A stretch of 64,000 nt of DNA from Vicinamibacteria bacterium (GCA_963555995.3 OY821641.1:896001-960000); one strand, 5' to 3'. Counted from the stretch's first letter, positions 37,922-49,083 are shown. Numbers and translations: made by a program. The notes: a model not told the origin generated them from the letters alone.

Positions 37922-37952
37922 AGGCCCGGGTCCCGGCGGTCGGGGCCGACTG

Positions 37953-38720
37953 ATGGTCTCCGCGGCGCAGGACCCCCGGGCCATGCGGTTCGAGGAACAG
38001 ACCGCGCTGGTCACCGGCGGGACGCGCGGCATCGGCCACGCCATCGCCGCCCGGCTGGCCGACGAGGGAGCGACGGTGTTCCTCACCGGGACCGACGCCG
38101 CCCGCGCGGAGGCCGCGGCCGCCGAACTGGATGCGGGTCGGGGGCGCGTGCACGGCCTGGAGCTGGACCTCACCGATCACGAATCCGTCCGGAGCTGCGT
38201 GGCGACCGCCGGCGCGAACGGCGGGCTGCAGGTCCTGGTCAACAACGCCGGCGTTTCCCGGGACGGGCTGCTCGTGCGCCACTCGGCGGACGCCTGGCGC
38301 GCGATCATGGCCACCAACCTGGACGGCCTCTTCGTTTGCTGCCAGGCGGCGGTCCGCCCTATGATGCGCGCCCGCTACGGTCGGATCGTCAACCTGAGTT
38401 CCATCGTGGGGCTCCGCGGCAATCCGGGCCAGGCCGCCTACGCGACGTCGAAGGCGGGCATCGTCGGCTTCACGAAGTCGCTCGCGAAGGAACTGGCGCG
38501 CCGGAACGTCACCGTGAACGCGGTGGCCCCGGGGCTGGTGGAGACGGACATGACCCGGGAAATGCCCGAGGCGGCCCGGTCCCAGTTCGGGAGCGCCGTC
38601 GCCATGGGTCGTCCCGGATCGCCGGAAGAAGTGGCCGCCGCGGTCGCTTTCCTCGCTTCGGCCGAGGCGAGTTACATCACCGGCGCGGTCCTCGAAGTAA
38701 CCGGAGGACTCGCGCTTTAG
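37953..38720 (+). CDS. fabG: 3-oxoacyl-ACP reductase
   Basis: TGGTRGIG, LVNNAG, GNPGQAAYATSKAG, VNAVAPG. Confidence 0.94.
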   Translation: MVSAAQDPRAMRFEEQTALVTGGTRGIGHAIAARLADEGATVFLTGTDAARAEAAAAELDAGRGRVHGLELDLTDHESVRSCVATAGANGGLQVLVNNAGVSRDGLLVRHSADAWRAIMATNLDGLFVCCQAAVRPMMRARYGRIVNLSSIVGLRGNPGQAAYATSKAGIVGFTKSLAKELARRNVTVNAVAPGLVETDMTREMPEAARSQFGSAVAMGRPGSPEEVAAAVAFLASAEASYITGAVLEVTGGLAL

Positions 38721-38777
38721 CCCCGCGCCGGCGGATCACCCGGCAGGCGCGGAAGAGCATGGACAGGAGTAAGACCA

Positions 38778-39059
38778 ATGCCCGACAAAGCCAAGGAAGC
38801 GGAAGGCGCTCCGGAGCCGGAAGAGCTCCCGGTGGACGAGCGCGTCCGGGAACTCATCTGCGAACAGCTTTCCGTAGCCCCCGACGAGGTCACGCCGGAG
38901 GCCACCTTCGTGGGCGACCTGAGCGCCGACTCGCTGGATATGGTCGAGCTGATGATGGCGCTCGAGGAGCAGTTCGGGATTGACATCTCGGAGGACCAGG
39001 CGGAACGGATCCAGACCGTCGGCGACGCGGTGGCCTTCATCGAGGCGCGCATGGACTGA
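38778..39059 (+). CDS. acpP: Acyl carrier protein
   Basis: [20 protein letters not shown]. Confidence 0.96.
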   Translation: MPDKAKEAEGAPEPEELPVDERVRELICEQLSVAPDEVTPEATFVGDLSADSLDMVELMMALEEQFGIDISEDQAERIQTVGDAVAFIEARMD

Positions 39060-39158
39060 GGGAGGGCGAGTCCTGCCCCTCGAACACCGGTCCGTCCTGC
39101 CGCGAACCGCCAGACCGCCAGTGCCGCCCGCGATTCCGCCGCGCGCGTTTCCGCTCCG

Positions 39159-40406
39159 ATGACGACGCGTCGGGTCGTGGTCACGGGGGTGGGCCTCGTG
39201 TCGCCCCTCGGCATCGGAACCCGCGAGACGTGGGACGGTCTGGTCGCGGGCCGTTCCGGCGCCGGCCGCATCACGCGTTTCGACGCCGCCGACTTCTCCT
39301 CGCGGATCGCGTGCGAGGTCAAGGGCTTCGATCCGCTCGACTACGCCGACCGGCGCGACGCGCGCAAGATGGACACCTTCATCCAGTACGCGCTCGCCGC
39401 CTCGCTGTTCGCGGCCGAAGACGCCGGGCTGGAAACCCCGCTCGCGGACCCCGATCGGGTCGGGGTGGTCATCTCCTCGGGAATCGGCGGTTTCGAGACG
39501 ATCGAGCGGGAGCACCGCAAGCTGCTCGAGAAGGGGCCGCGCCGGATCTCTCCCTTCTTCGTCCCGGCGATGGTGGTGAACCTGGCGGCCGGCTGGGTGT
39601 CCATCCGGCTGGGCGCCAGGGGACCCAACTCGGCGATGGCGACGGCGTGTTCCGCCGGCGCCCACGCGGTGGGAGAGGCCTTCCGCCTCGTCCGCCACGG
39701 CCACGCCGACGTCATGGTCGCCGGGGGGGCGGAAGCGACCATCACCCCGATGTGCATCGGCGGCTTCGCCTCGATGAAGGCGCTCTCCACCCGCAACGAC
39801 GAGCCCGAACTCGCATCGCGCCCCTTCGACCGCGACCGGGACGGCTTCGTGGTCGGCGAGGGAGCGGGCATCCTCGTCCTCGAGGAGCGCGAGCAGGCGC
39901 TGGCGCGGGGCGCCTCGCTCTACGCGGAAGTGCTCGGCTACGGCATGAGCGGCGACGCCTTCCACATCACGGCGCCGGCGGAGGATGGGAGCGGTGCGGT
40001 GCGGGTGATGCGGGCGGCGCTCGCCGAAGCGGGAGCCGCCCCGGAAGACGTGGACGCGGTGAACGCGCACGGCACCTCCACGCCCCTGAACGACCGCATC
40101 GAAACGGCCGCCATCCGGCGGGTGTTCGGCGGGCACGCCGACCGGCTCGCGGTCAGTTCCACGAAGTCCATGACCGGGCACCTGCTCGGCGGCGCCGGCG
40201 GACTCGAGGCCGGGATTTCCTGCCTGACGCTGCGCCACCAGACGCTGCCGCCGACGATCAACCACGAGACCCCGGACCCCGACTGCGACCTGGACATCGT
40301 CCCCAACACCGCCCGGCCCGCGACGGTGCGGAGCGTGCTCTCCAACTCCTTCGGGTTCGGTGGCACGAACGTATCCCTGCTGTTCCGGCATCCGGACGAT
40401 TCCTGA
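39159..40406 (+). CDS. fabF: Beta-ketoacyl-ACP synthase II
   Basis: [30 protein letters not shown]. Confidence 0.97.
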   Translation: MTTRRVVVTGVGLVSPLGIGTRETWDGLVAGRSGAGRITRFDAADFSSRIACEVKGFDPLDYADRRDARKMDTFIQYALAASLFAAEDAGLETPLADPDRVGVVISSGIGGFETIEREHRKLLEKGPRRISPFFVPAMVVNLAAGWVSIRLGARGPNSAMATACSAGAHAVGEAFRLVRHGHADVMVAGGAEATITPMCIGGFASMKALSTRNDEPELASRPFDRDRDGFVVGEGAGILVLEEREQALARGASLYAEVLGYGMSGDAFHITAPAEDGSGAVRVMRAALAEAGAAPEDVDAVNAHGTSTPLNDRIETAAIRRVFGGHADRLAVSSTKSMTGHLLGGAGGLEAGISCLTLRHQTLPPTINHETPDPDCDLDIVPNTARPATVRSVLSNSFGFGGTNVSLLFRHPDDS

Positions 40407-40413
40407 GCCCGCC

Positions 40414-41427
40414 ATGGACGATCTCTTCCGATACCTGCGGGAGATCGTGGACATCCCGTCGGTGACCGGCGATGAGGAAGCCGTCGCCCGGCGCGTCGCC
40501 GCGGACCTCGAAGCCGTCGGACTCGACGTCGAGTTCGACGAGGCCGCCCCGGGCCGGCCGAACCTGATCGCGCGCGCCGGGGCCGGCCCGACGCGGCTCT
40601 GGTACTGCACCCATCTGGACACGGTGCCCCCCTTCTTCCCGTCGAGCGAGACCGAAACGCACATCGCCGGGCGGGGTTCCTGCGACGCCAAGGGCATCCT
40701 GGCGGCGATGCTCTTCGCGGCCCGCCGGCTCCGGGAGGACGGCGTCTCCGGGTTCGGAATGGCCTTCACCGTCGGGGAGGAGGTGGACAGCGCCGGCGCC
40801 ATCCACCTCGAGGCGCGCGGCCCCGGCGGCCCGGCGGAAGGTGTCCACCTGGTGTGCGGCGAGCCCACCGAGGGGTTCATGGCGAGCGGCCACAAGGGCA
40901 CGCTCCGGGTCCGGATCCGGGCGCGCGGGAAGGCGGCCCATTCGGCCTATCCCGAGGCGGGCGACTCCGCGATCCACCGCCTGCTCGCGATGATCGCCCA
41001 TCTCCAGTCGCTCGACTGGGGAACGAGCGACGTGCTCGGCCCGGCGACCCTGAACGTGGGAATCATCGCGGGCGGGGTCGCGGGGAACGTGCTCGCCCCT
41101 GCCGCCGAGGCCACCCTCTACTGGCGGCTCGTCGGGGAGGCGGAACCGGTCCGGCGCCGCCTCGAAGGCATCCTCGCCGCCGACGCCGACCTCAGCTACG
41201 AGCACGTCGGCCAGAACGACGCCGTCTTCTGCCGGACGCTCCCCGGCTTCCAGGTGGCTCCGATGTCCTATTCGACCGACATCCCCTTCATGCCCTCCTG
41301 GGGAACCCCGTTGCTCATCGGCCCGGGCAGCATCCACGACGCCCACACCGCCCACGAGCACGTGCTGAAGAGCGACCTGGTGGACGCCGTCGGCTACTAC
41401 CAGAAGATCGCCCACGAACTCCTCTAG
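40414..41427 (+). CDS. M20 metallopeptidase / acetylornithine deacetylase-like
   Basis: THLDTVPP, GRGSCDAKG, VGEE, GEPT, GKAAHS, GPGSIHDAH. Confidence 0.88.
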   Translation: MDDLFRYLREIVDIPSVTGDEEAVARRVAADLEAVGLDVEFDEAAPGRPNLIARAGAGPTRLWYCTHLDTVPPFFPSSETETHIAGRGSCDAKGILAAMLFAARRLREDGVSGFGMAFTVGEEVDSAGAIHLEARGPGGPAEGVHLVCGEPTEGFMASGHKGTLRVRIRARGKAAHSAYPEAGDSAIHRLLAMIAHLQSLDWGTSDVLGPATLNVGIIAGGVAGNVLAPAAEATLYWRLVGEAEPVRRRLEGILAADADLSYEHVGQNDAVFCRTLPGFQVAPMSYSTDIPFMPSWGTPLLIGPGSIHDAHTAHEHVLKSDLVDAVGYYQKIAHELL

Positions 41428-41510
41428 CTGGAGCGCCGGGAGCGCCGGCCAGTTGCTGCGAAAATGCGGTCTCGCCGGGACGTCCGTGAGCGCAGGTTGC
41501 GCCGCCGGCT

Positions 41511-41673
41511 GGGAGCGCCGGTCTTCAGACCGGCACGCGCTGCGCCAGAGCGCAGCGCACCGCACGACGCCGACCTGCGCGGTGGCGTTCTGCTTTCGAT
41601 TCATCAACGCGAACGGTGACACGACATCCGCGGGCCTTCGGCCCGCGGTGCCGGTCTGAAGACCGGCGCTCCC
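41511..41673. repeat. REPIN-like doublet
   Basis: GGGAGCGCCGGTCTTCAGACCGGCA ... TGCCGGTCTGAAGACCGGCGCTCCC around the conserved cargo. Confidence 0.9.
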
Positions 41674-41685
41674 GCTCCGCCCCCA

Positions 41686-42768
41686 ATGTCCGACCTTCCC
41701 CCCGCCTCGCCGTTCCGTCTGCTGCGGCGGACCCTGCTCGCCTGGTTCCGGGAGAACCAGCGTCCGCTCCCGTTTCGCGAGTCCCCCGACGCCTGGCGCG
41801 TCTGGGTTTCGGAGGTGATGCTCCAGCAGACGCGGGTGGAAGCCATGTTGCCGCGCTACCGGGAGTTCGTGGCGCGCTTTCCGAGTCCGGCGGCGCTGGC
41901 CGACGCCCCCGAGGACGAGGTGCTGGGGGCCTGGGCGGGCCTCGGCTACTACGGCCGCGCCCGCGCGCTCCACCGGGCGGCGCGGCAACTGGCCGCGGCG
42001 GACCGGGGCATTCCCGAGACCGCCGAGGCGCTCCGGCGGCTCCCCGGGATCGGCGACTACACGGCGGCGGCGATCGCCTCGATCGCCTTCGGCGCACCGG
42101 TCGCTGCGGTGGACGGAAACGTGCGCCGGGTGCTGTCCCGGCTGTTCGCGGTCGAGGGGTTCCGGGGGCGGGCGCCGTTCGAGGGGCGGGTCCGGGAGCT
42201 GGCCGACCGGCTGATGGAAGCGGACGGCGCCCGGGACCCGGGCGACTGGAACCAGGCGGTGATGGAACTCGGCGCCACGGTCTGCACCCCGTCCGCTCCC
42301 CGCTGCGGGAGCTGTCCGGTCCGCGAGTTCTGCTGGGCGCGGATAGCCGGGAGGCAGGAAGAGCTTCCCGAGCGCCCGCCGCGCCCCCGGACCGTGTCCG
42401 TCCGGCTCGCCGCGGCCGTCGTTCGGGACCCGGAGGGGCGGATTCTCCTGTTCCGCCGCCGGGAGAGCCCGATGCGGGGCCTCTACGAGCTTCCCGGCGG
42501 CGAGTGCCGCGAGGGCGAAGCGCCCGAGGCGGCGCTGGTCCGGGAGACCACCGCGCGCTACGGGATCCGGCTGCGTCCCGGCCGTCCGCTGGCCGGATTC
42601 CGGCACACCGTCATGAACCGGAGGATCGCGGTCCTTCCCTACGAGGCCGCGTTCGAGGGGCCGCCACCGACGGCCCCGCCGGGCGCCCGCTTCGTCCACC
42701 CGCGTGACCTCGACCGGATCCCGTCGGGCTCGATGCTGTCGAAGGCCCTGCGCGGCCTCGCCGACTAG
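41686..42768 (+). CDS. mutY: A/G-specific adenine glycosylase
   Basis: VSEVMLQQT, WAGLGYY, LPGIGDYTA, VDGNVRRV, C-X6-C-X2-C-X5-C cluster, NUDIX-like tail. Confidence 0.95.
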   Translation: MSDLPPASPFRLLRRTLLAWFRENQRPLPFRESPDAWRVWVSEVMLQQTRVEAMLPRYREFVARFPSPAALADAPEDEVLGAWAGLGYYGRARALHRAARQLAAADRGIPETAEALRRLPGIGDYTAAAIASIAFGAPVAAVDGNVRRVLSRLFAVEGFRGRAPFEGRVRELADRLMEADGARDPGDWNQAVMELGATVCTPSAPRCGSCPVREFCWARIAGRQEELPERPPRPRTVSVRLAAAVVRDPEGRILLFRRRESPMRGLYELPGGECREGEAPEAALVRETTARYGIRLRPGRPLAGFRHTVMNRRIAVLPYEAAFEGPPPTAPPGARFVHPRDLDRIPSGSMLSKALRGLAD

Positions 42769-42787
42769 ACTCCGCGCCCGGCGACCG

Positions 42788-45268
42788 ATGAGCACTTTCC
42801 ACGAACGCGTCGAGACGAAGTGGCAGGAGCGCTGGGAGCGGGAGGGCTCCTTCCGGACGCCGGACCTGCCGGAGGGGCCGCGCTTCTACTGCCTCGAGAT
42901 GCTGCCGTATCCGTCCGGGCGCATTCACATGGGCCACGTGCGGAACTACTCCATCGGCGACGTGGTCGCCCGCTTCTACCGGCGGCGCGGGTTCACCGTG
43001 ATGCATCCCATCGGCTGGGACGCGCTCGGCCTGCCGGCGGAGAACGCGGCGCTCCAGCGCGGGGCGCACCCGGCCGACTGGACCACGCAGAACATCGCCC
43101 ACATGCGGCGGCAGCTCCGCCGGCTCGGGTTCAGCTACGACTGGGACCGCGAGTTCGCCACCTGCGATTCGTCCTACTACCGCTGGAACCAGTGGTTCTT
43201 CGTGAAGATGTGGGAGCGCGGGCTCGCCTACCGGAAGAACGGCGCCGTCAACTGGTGCCCGGGTTGCGAGACCGTGCTCGCCAACGAGCAGGTCGAGGCC
43301 GGGGCGTGCTGGCGCTGCGAGTCGGTGGTCGAGGACCGGGAGCTCCCCCAGTGGTTCCTGCGCATCACCGACTACGCCGACGAACTGCTCGACGCGATGG
43401 AGCGGATGCCCGGCTGGCCCCACAAGGTGCTGGTGCTGCAGCGCAACTGGATCGGGCGCTCGGAAGGCGCGGAGGTCCGCTTCCGGATCCCGGCGCTGGG
43501 CGACCGGGGCGACGTCCCGGTGTTCACCACCCGGGTGGACACCATCTACGGCGCGACCGCGCTGGTGCTCGCCCCCCGCCACGCCGCGGCCCAGGCCATC
43601 GCGGCCCAGAACCCCGAAGTGGCCGACTACGTCCGCGCCGCCGCGCACGCCGGCGAGAGCCACCCGACCGGCGAGACCGGCAAGACCGGGGTGGACACCG
43701 GTTTCCGGGCGCTGAACCCCTTCTCGGGAGAGGAGATTCCGGTCTTCGTCGCCGACTACGTGCTCATGGAGTACGGGACCGGCGCCGTCATGGCGGTCCC
43801 GGCGCACGACGAGCGGGACCACGAGTTCGCGAAGACCTACGGGCTCGAGATCCGGACCGTCGTCATCCCGAACGACCCGGACGGCGCGCCGCCGCCGGCG
43901 GACGGCGCCTTCGTGGACTACGGGACGGTGGTGGATTCCGGCCCGTTCAGCGGCCTGCCGACGGAGGAGGCGAAGACCGCGATGGCGGAGCACGCCCGCG
44001 AGGGCGGCTACGGCGAGCCCCGGATCGCCTGGCGGTTCCGCGACTGGGGAATCTCCCGGCAGCGGTACTGGGGCACGCCGATTCCGATGATCCACTGCGG
44101 GGCATGCGGCGAGGTCCCGGTGCCCGAGGACGACCTCCCGGTCGAGTTGCCGCGGGACGTCGAGATCACGGGCATGGGAGGGTCGGTGCTCTCGAAGGTC
44201 GAGTCCTGGCTGCGGGTGGACTGCCCGCGCTGCGGGGCCGCCGCCCGGCGGGAGACCGACACCATGGACACCTTCGTGGATTCGTCGTGGTACTTCTACC
44301 GCTACCTCGATCCGCGAAACGCCGGGGCGCCCTTCGACCCCGAGAAGGCGCGCGCCTGGTTCCCCATTGACCTCTACATCGGCGGCGTCGAGCACGCCAT
44401 CCTGCACCTCATCTACTGCCGGTTCTGGACCAGGATGATGCGCGACCTCGGGCTCGCCGGCAGCGATGAACCGGTGGTCCGCCAGTTGAGCCAGGGGATG
44501 GTCATCAAGGACGGCGCCAAGATGTCCAAGAGCAAGGGCAACATCGTGGACCCCGACGCCGTGGTCGAGAAGCACGGGGCCGATGCGATCCGCCTCTACG
44601 TCCTCTTCGAGTCGCCGCCGGAAAAGGAGATGGACTGGACCGATGCCCGTCTCTCCGGGCCGGCGCGCTACCTCAGGCGGCTCGAACGCATGATCCCCGG
44701 GGATACGGAATGGCTGGCCTCCACCCCGCTGCCGGCCGGGGACGAGGACTTCGCGCCCGCGGACGTGGCGCTCCGCCGCAAGACCCACCAGACGATTCGG
44801 CGGGTCACCCGCGACCTCGAAGAACGCATCCATCCCAATACCGCGATCGCCGCCATCATGGAACTGACCTCCGCCTTCTCGCGCCGCCTGCCGGAGGCCG
44901 CCGGCGAAGCCTCGCGGCGGGCCGTCCGCGAGGCGGCGGAAACGGTGATCTCGCTCCTGAACCCGATGGCGCCGCATCTCACCGAGGAACTCTGGGAGCG
45001 GCTGGGAGGCGGGACGATGCTGGTGGAGACCCCGTGGCCCGAGTGCGACGAGGACCTCGCCCGCGAGGAGCAGGTGCTCGTGGTGCTGCAGGTGAACGGA
45101 AAACTCCGGGGCCGTCTCGAGGTGCCGGCCGGACTCGAACCCGAGGCGCTCGTCGGCCAGGCGCGGGAGAACGCCGGGGTCCGCCGTCACCTGGCGGGGC
45201 TGGAAGTGCGCCGGGTGGTCACGGTTCCCGACCGGCTCGTGAACTTCGTGGCCGCCCCTCCGGCGTGA
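42788..45268 (+). CDS. leuS: Leucine--tRNA ligase
   Basis: PYPSGRIHMGH, FTTR, ISRQRYWG, GGVEHA, KMSKS. Confidence 0.98.
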   Translation: MSTFHERVETKWQERWEREGSFRTPDLPEGPRFYCLEMLPYPSGRIHMGHVRNYSIGDVVARFYRRRGFTVMHPIGWDALGLPAENAALQRGAHPADWTTQNIAHMRRQLRRLGFSYDWDREFATCDSSYYRWNQWFFVKMWERGLAYRKNGAVNWCPGCETVLANEQVEAGACWRCESVVEDRELPQWFLRITDYADELLDAMERMPGWPHKVLVLQRNWIGRSEGAEVRFRIPALGDRGDVPVFTTRVDTIYGATALVLAPRHAAAQAIAAQNPEVADYVRAAAHAGESHPTGETGKTGVDTGFRALNPFSGEEIPVFVADYVLMEYGTGAVMAVPAHDERDHEFAKTYGLEIRTVVIPNDPDGAPPPADGAFVDYGTVVDSGPFSGLPTEEAKTAMAEHAREGGYGEPRIAWRFRDWGISRQRYWGTPIPMIHCGACGEVPVPEDDLPVELPRDVEITGMGGSVLSKVESWLRVDCPRCGAAARRETDTMDTFVDSSWYFYRYLDPRNAGAPFDPEKARAWFPIDLYIGGVEHAILHLIYCRFWTRMMRDLGLAGSDEPVVRQLSQGMVIKDGAKMSKSKGNIVDPDAVVEKHGADAIRLYVLFESPPEKEMDWTDARLSGPARYLRRLERMIPGDTEWLASTPLPAGDEDFAPADVALRRKTHQTIRRVTRDLEERIHPNTAIAAIMELTSAFSRRLPEAAGEASRRAVREAAETVISLLNPMAPHLTEELWERLGGGTMLVETPWPECDEDLAREEQVLVVLQVNGKLRGRLEVPAGLEPEALVGQARENAGVRRHLAGLEVRRVVTVPDRLVNFVAAPPA

Positions 45269-45840
45269 TTCCCGCCGCCCGCTCCGCCGGCAGGGACGGG
45301 GGCGGGAGCTCCCGCCGGCGGTGGAGCGGGATGCTGCTGTCCGGGGCGTTGTTCCTCGGCGTCCTCGCGGGGTGCGGCTACCGGCTCGCCGGCCTCGGCG
45401 GCGGATTGCCGGGTCACGTCGAGGTCGTGGCCATCCTCCCCTTCGACAACGAGAGCGCCTTCCCCGAGGTCGAGGAGGGGATGACGGAACAGATCATCGA
45501 GGGGTTCAACCGGCGGGGCCGCTACCAGGTGCAGGAGACCGAGGAGGGCGCCCACGCGGTGATGCGCGGCACGGTGCTGAGCGTGGACTTCTCGCCGGCG
45601 CAGCTCGATCCGGCGACGGGAGCGGCCTCCACCTATCTCATCATCGTGCGCGCCACCGTGGAGTTCACCGACGTCGTCAACGACGTGGTGCTCTTCGAGT
45701 CGGACGAGTTCACGCTGCGCGACGAGTTCTCGATCGGCGACGACCCCGATGCCGCCTTCGACCGGGAGGGGCTCGCGTTCTCCCGGATCGCCAGCGCGTT
45801 CGCGGACTCCCTGCTGGTGGCGATCCTCGAGGGGTTCTGA
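45265..45840 (+). CDS. lptE: LptE-like lipoprotein
   Basis: Lipobox LAGCGY, position between leuS and holA. Start could be ATG 45331. Confidence 0.8.
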   Translation: MIPAARSAGRDGGGSSRRRWSGMLLSGALFLGVLAGCGYRLAGLGGGLPGHVEVVAILPFDNESAFPEVEEGMTEQIIEGFNRRGRYQVQETEEGAHAVMRGTVLSVDFSPAQLDPATGAASTYLIIVRATVEFTDVVNDVVLFESDEFTLRDEFSIGDDPDAAFDREGLAFSRIASAFADSLLVAILEGF

Positions 45841-46949
45841 TGGCCTTCGCCGAGGCCGGGTTCGGCAAGACCTTCGCCGCGCTCCAGCCCGTTCCGGCGG
45901 AGAAGCTGGCCGACCGGCTGCCGGTCCCCGGGGCGGGCGCCTTCTACGTCGTCGGGGGCGCCGACGGTTGGCTCCGCCAGCAGACCCTGCGAAAGCTGGC
46001 GGACCACCATCTCGGGGAGCCCCCCGCGCCGTTCCGCCTGCGCCGCTTCGACGGCCGGGCCGCCGGCGCGGACCAGGTGGTCAGCGCGACCCGCACGGTC
46101 TCGTTCAGCGGGGCGCCCGTCGTCGTCATCGAGAACGGCCTGCGGATCGCCCAGCCGCCCGCCGCCGTCCCGGCGCTCGCGGGAGTCGTGCTGGAGCTGC
46201 TCGAGCGTCCGCCGGGACGGGCGGTCATCGCGCTCGAATGGGAGCGGAACCCCGACCGGCGGCGGAAGGACTGGAAGGCGCTGGCCTCGGCGCTGGGCGG
46301 CGCCGTCGCCGCCGGAGGGGGGCTGGTGCTCGATTGCGACGCGCCGCCGCCGGCCCGGATGACCCACTGGATCCGCCGCACCGCGCGCGAGCGCGGCCTC
46401 AACCTGCCCGAGCAGGGGGCGGAGCTGCTCTTCGAACGGTTCGGCCGGGAACTGCGCCAGCAGGTGAACGAGATCGAGAAGCTCGCGGTCTATGCCGCCT
46501 GGGACCAGGGCGGGGAGGTCACGCTCGGGGACATGGAGCAGGTGCTCGGCGGCGGCAGCGTGCAGGACCGCTTCCGTTTCACGGATGCGTTGCAGGCGGG
46601 CCGCACCGAGACCGCGCTTTCTTCGCTCGAGTCGCTGCTGCGGGACGGGGAGTCGCCGCAGGCGCTCATGGCTCTCCTCTACCGGCTCGTCACCCAGATC
46701 CAGTTGGCCCAGGCCCACCGCGGGGAGGAACCGCTCGCCGAGGCGCTGCGGGTGCCGCGCCGGGTCGCCGACGACCTCCAGCGCGCGGCACGCCGCTTCC
46801 GTCCCGCGGAACTCCGGGCCATGCTCCGGCAGCTCGCCGAGATGGACCTGCGGATGAAGACCACCCGCGTCCCGGACCGCGCCGCGCTCGCCTCGCTGGC
46901 GCTGCTCCTCGGCCGGGGCTCGTCGGGCGCACGGCAGCGCCCGGGATAG
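45840..46949 (+). CDS. holA: DNA polymerase III delta subunit
   Basis: NEIEKLAVY, F.FTDAL, LAEMDLRMKT, leuS-lptE-holA synteny. Confidence 0.85.
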   Translation: MAFAEAGFGKTFAALQPVPAEKLADRLPVPGAGAFYVVGGADGWLRQQTLRKLADHHLGEPPAPFRLRRFDGRAAGADQVVSATRTVSFSGAPVVVIENGLRIAQPPAAVPALAGVVLELLERPPGRAVIALEWERNPDRRRKDWKALASALGGAVAAGGGLVLDCDAPPPARMTHWIRRTARERGLNLPEQGAELLFERFGRELRQQVNEIEKLAVYAAWDQGGEVTLGDMEQVLGGGSVQDRFRFTDALQAGRTETALSSLESLLRDGESPQALMALLYRLVTQIQLAQAHRGEEPLAEALRVPRRVADDLQRAARRFRPAELRAMLRQLAEMDLRMKTTRVPDRAALASLALLLGRGSSGARQRPG

Positions 46950-47005
46950 GCGCGTCCGGCCGGAACGATGCCGGCAAAACGGGCTCGACCCGTAGAATTC
47001 GCACC

Positions 47006-47497
47006 GTGACCCCGACCGTACTCCGGGCGCCCGGAATCGACCGGCTATCGGCGCATCACCTGCACGCCCTGGCCGTCGCCGCGCTCATTGACCGTTATCT
47101 CAAGGTGGATCCGACGCCCGGGAGGCTGGCGGAAATCGCGGGCAAGGTGGCCGGGTTTGCGGAGAAGGAACTGTTCCCCCACTTCGAGGTGGAGGAGAGC
47201 GCTCTCTTTCCCGCGCTGCGGGCGGTGCTCGACTCCGATCCGTTGATTGACGAGTTGATTGCCCATCACCGGAACATGGAGGGGCTGGTCGGGCGGCTCG
47301 CGGATTCCTCCGCCTGGGAGCGCGCCTCGCTGCTGCGGGAATTCGGGGTATCGCTTCGCCGCCACATCCGCATGGAGGAGGTGGAACTCTTCCGGCAGAT
47401 CGATGGCGGACTCGACGAGGCCGGACGCGAAGAGCTCGGCCGGAAAGTGGACGAGGCCGCCAAGGCGATGGGCCTCACGGTCCACAAGCTCTGGTAG
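47006..47497 (+). CDS. Hemerythrin-domain protein
   Basis: LSAHHLHAL, PHFEVEE..LFP, LIAHH, RHIRMEE..LF. Confidence 0.8.
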   Translation: MTPTVLRAPGIDRLSAHHLHALAVAALIDRYLKVDPTPGRLAEIAGKVAGFAEKELFPHFEVEESALFPALRAVLDSDPLIDELIAHHRNMEGLVGRLADSSAWERASLLREFGVSLRRHIRMEEVELFRQIDGGLDEAGREELGRKVDEAAKAMGLTVHKLW

Positions 47498-47533
47498 AGC
47501 CCACTCTCCACCCCCCCCACGACGCGCCGGCTT

Positions 47534-47557
47534 GGAACGCCGGTCTCCAGCCCGGCA
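47534..47557. repeat. Single REP
   Basis: GGAACGCCGGTCTCCAGCCCGGCA. Confidence 0.7.
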
Positions 47558-47724
47558 CCGCGGCGCTCCGCGCCGCGCCCGTCGCAGGGCCGGGAAGCGC
47601 GGACGCCCGGCGTGGATGCTGCGTGGTACCCTCCGGCCCCTGATGCAACTCGACGAATCCGCCAAACCTCCGGAACCCAGCCGGAGAACCGTCCCCGTCG
47701 AGGTGCGCCCTTCCGGTACCCGCC

Positions 47725-49083
47725 ATGGTTCTCACCAAGACCCCGCTGCTCGCGGAGACGGTGCGCAAACTGGTGTCCCGGGGGGCCTTCGCTAACGCGC
47801 ACCGCATCCTCGAGAAGCTGCATCCGGCGGATGTGGCGCAGGTTCTCGCCGACCTGCCGGAGGCCTACCGGCTGAAGACGTTCCGGGTCGTCTTCCAGCG
47901 CGACCTGAATCTCGCCGCGGCGGCGCTCGGCGAGTTCGGGGTCGAGCGCGCCGCCGACCTGATGCCGCGGCTCGAGCCCGCCGAGATCTCCCAGCTCCTC
48001 CAGGAACTCGACCCCGACGACGCCGCCGAGTTCCTGAGCGAACTCCCGGAGGAGCTCCGCGAGCGGGTGCTCCGGGGGATGCGGACGCGCGAGGCCTCCG
48101 ACGTCGAGGATCTCCTCCAGTACCCGGAGGAGACCGCCGGCCGGATCATGAGCCCGAAGGTGTTCTCGGTGCCCGAGGACGCCAGCATCGGCGAGACCAT
48201 CGCCCGCCTCCAGGAATCTCCCGATGTGGAGATGGTGTTCTACATCTACGTGGTGGACGGCCACGGGACCCTGGTGGGGGTGCTCTCGCTGCGCCAGCTC
48301 CTCCAGCGGCGCCCGGAGGCGCTGCTCTCCGAGGTCATGGTGACCGACGTGCTGCGGGTGCGCACCGAGATGGACCAGGAGGAGGTCGCCCAGTTGGTGG
48401 CCAGCTACAACATCCTCGCGGTCCCGGTGGTGAACCAGCAGGGGAAGCTGGTCGGGGTCATCACGGTGGACGACATCATTGATGTCATCAAGGAAGAGGC
48501 CACCGAGGACATGTACCGGATGGCCGGGCTCGGGGTGTCCGAGAGCGTCTTCACCAAGGCGTCCCGTTCCATCCGGATGCGCATCCCCTGGCTCGCCGTC
48601 AACCTCGCGACCGCGTTCCTCGCCGCCTGGGTGGTCAGCCTCTTCGAGGAAGACATCGCCCGCTTCGCGATCCTCGCGGTGTTCATGCCCATGGTGCCGT
48701 TGCTCGGCGGCAACGCCGGCAACCAGACGCTGACCGTGATGGTGCGCGGGATCGCGCTCGGCGAGCTGAGCTGGAAGAACAGCCGCGAGGCGCTCCTCAA
48801 GGAGCTCGCGGTGGGCACCGCCAACGGCCTGATGATCGGCCTCCTCATCGCCGGGGTCTCCTGGGTCTGGAAGGGCGATCCCCGGATCGGGCTGGCGCTC
48901 GCGCTCGCCATGGTCGGCACCATGGTGGTGGCCGCGGTGGTGGGCACGCTGATGCCGCTGACCCTCCGCTGGCTCAAGGTGGACCCCGCGCTCGCGTCCT
49001 CGGTGTTCGTCACCACCGCCACCGACGTCTCCGGGTTCCTGCTGTTCCTGAGCATCGGGGTGACCGCGCTCACGCACCTCTGA
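47725..49083 (+). CDS. mgtE: Magnesium transporter MgtE
   Basis: LHPADVA, YPEETAGRIM, CBS pair, GGNAGNQT, VDPALASSVFVTTATD. Confidence 0.96.
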   Translation: MVLTKTPLLAETVRKLVSRGAFANAHRILEKLHPADVAQVLADLPEAYRLKTFRVVFQRDLNLAAAALGEFGVERAADLMPRLEPAEISQLLQELDPDDAAEFLSELPEELRERVLRGMRTREASDVEDLLQYPEETAGRIMSPKVFSVPEDASIGETIARLQESPDVEMVFYIYVVDGHGTLVGVLSLRQLLQRRPEALLSEVMVTDVLRVRTEMDQEEVAQLVASYNILAVPVVNQQGKLVGVITVDDIIDVIKEEATEDMYRMAGLGVSESVFTKASRSIRMRIPWLAVNLATAFLAAWVVSLFEEDIARFAILAVFMPMVPLLGGNAGNQTLTVMVRGIALGELSWKNSREALLKELAVGTANGLMIGLLIAGVSWVWKGDPRIGLALALAMVGTMVVAAVVGTLMPLTLRWLKVDPALASSVFVTTATDVSGFLLFLSIGVTALTHL

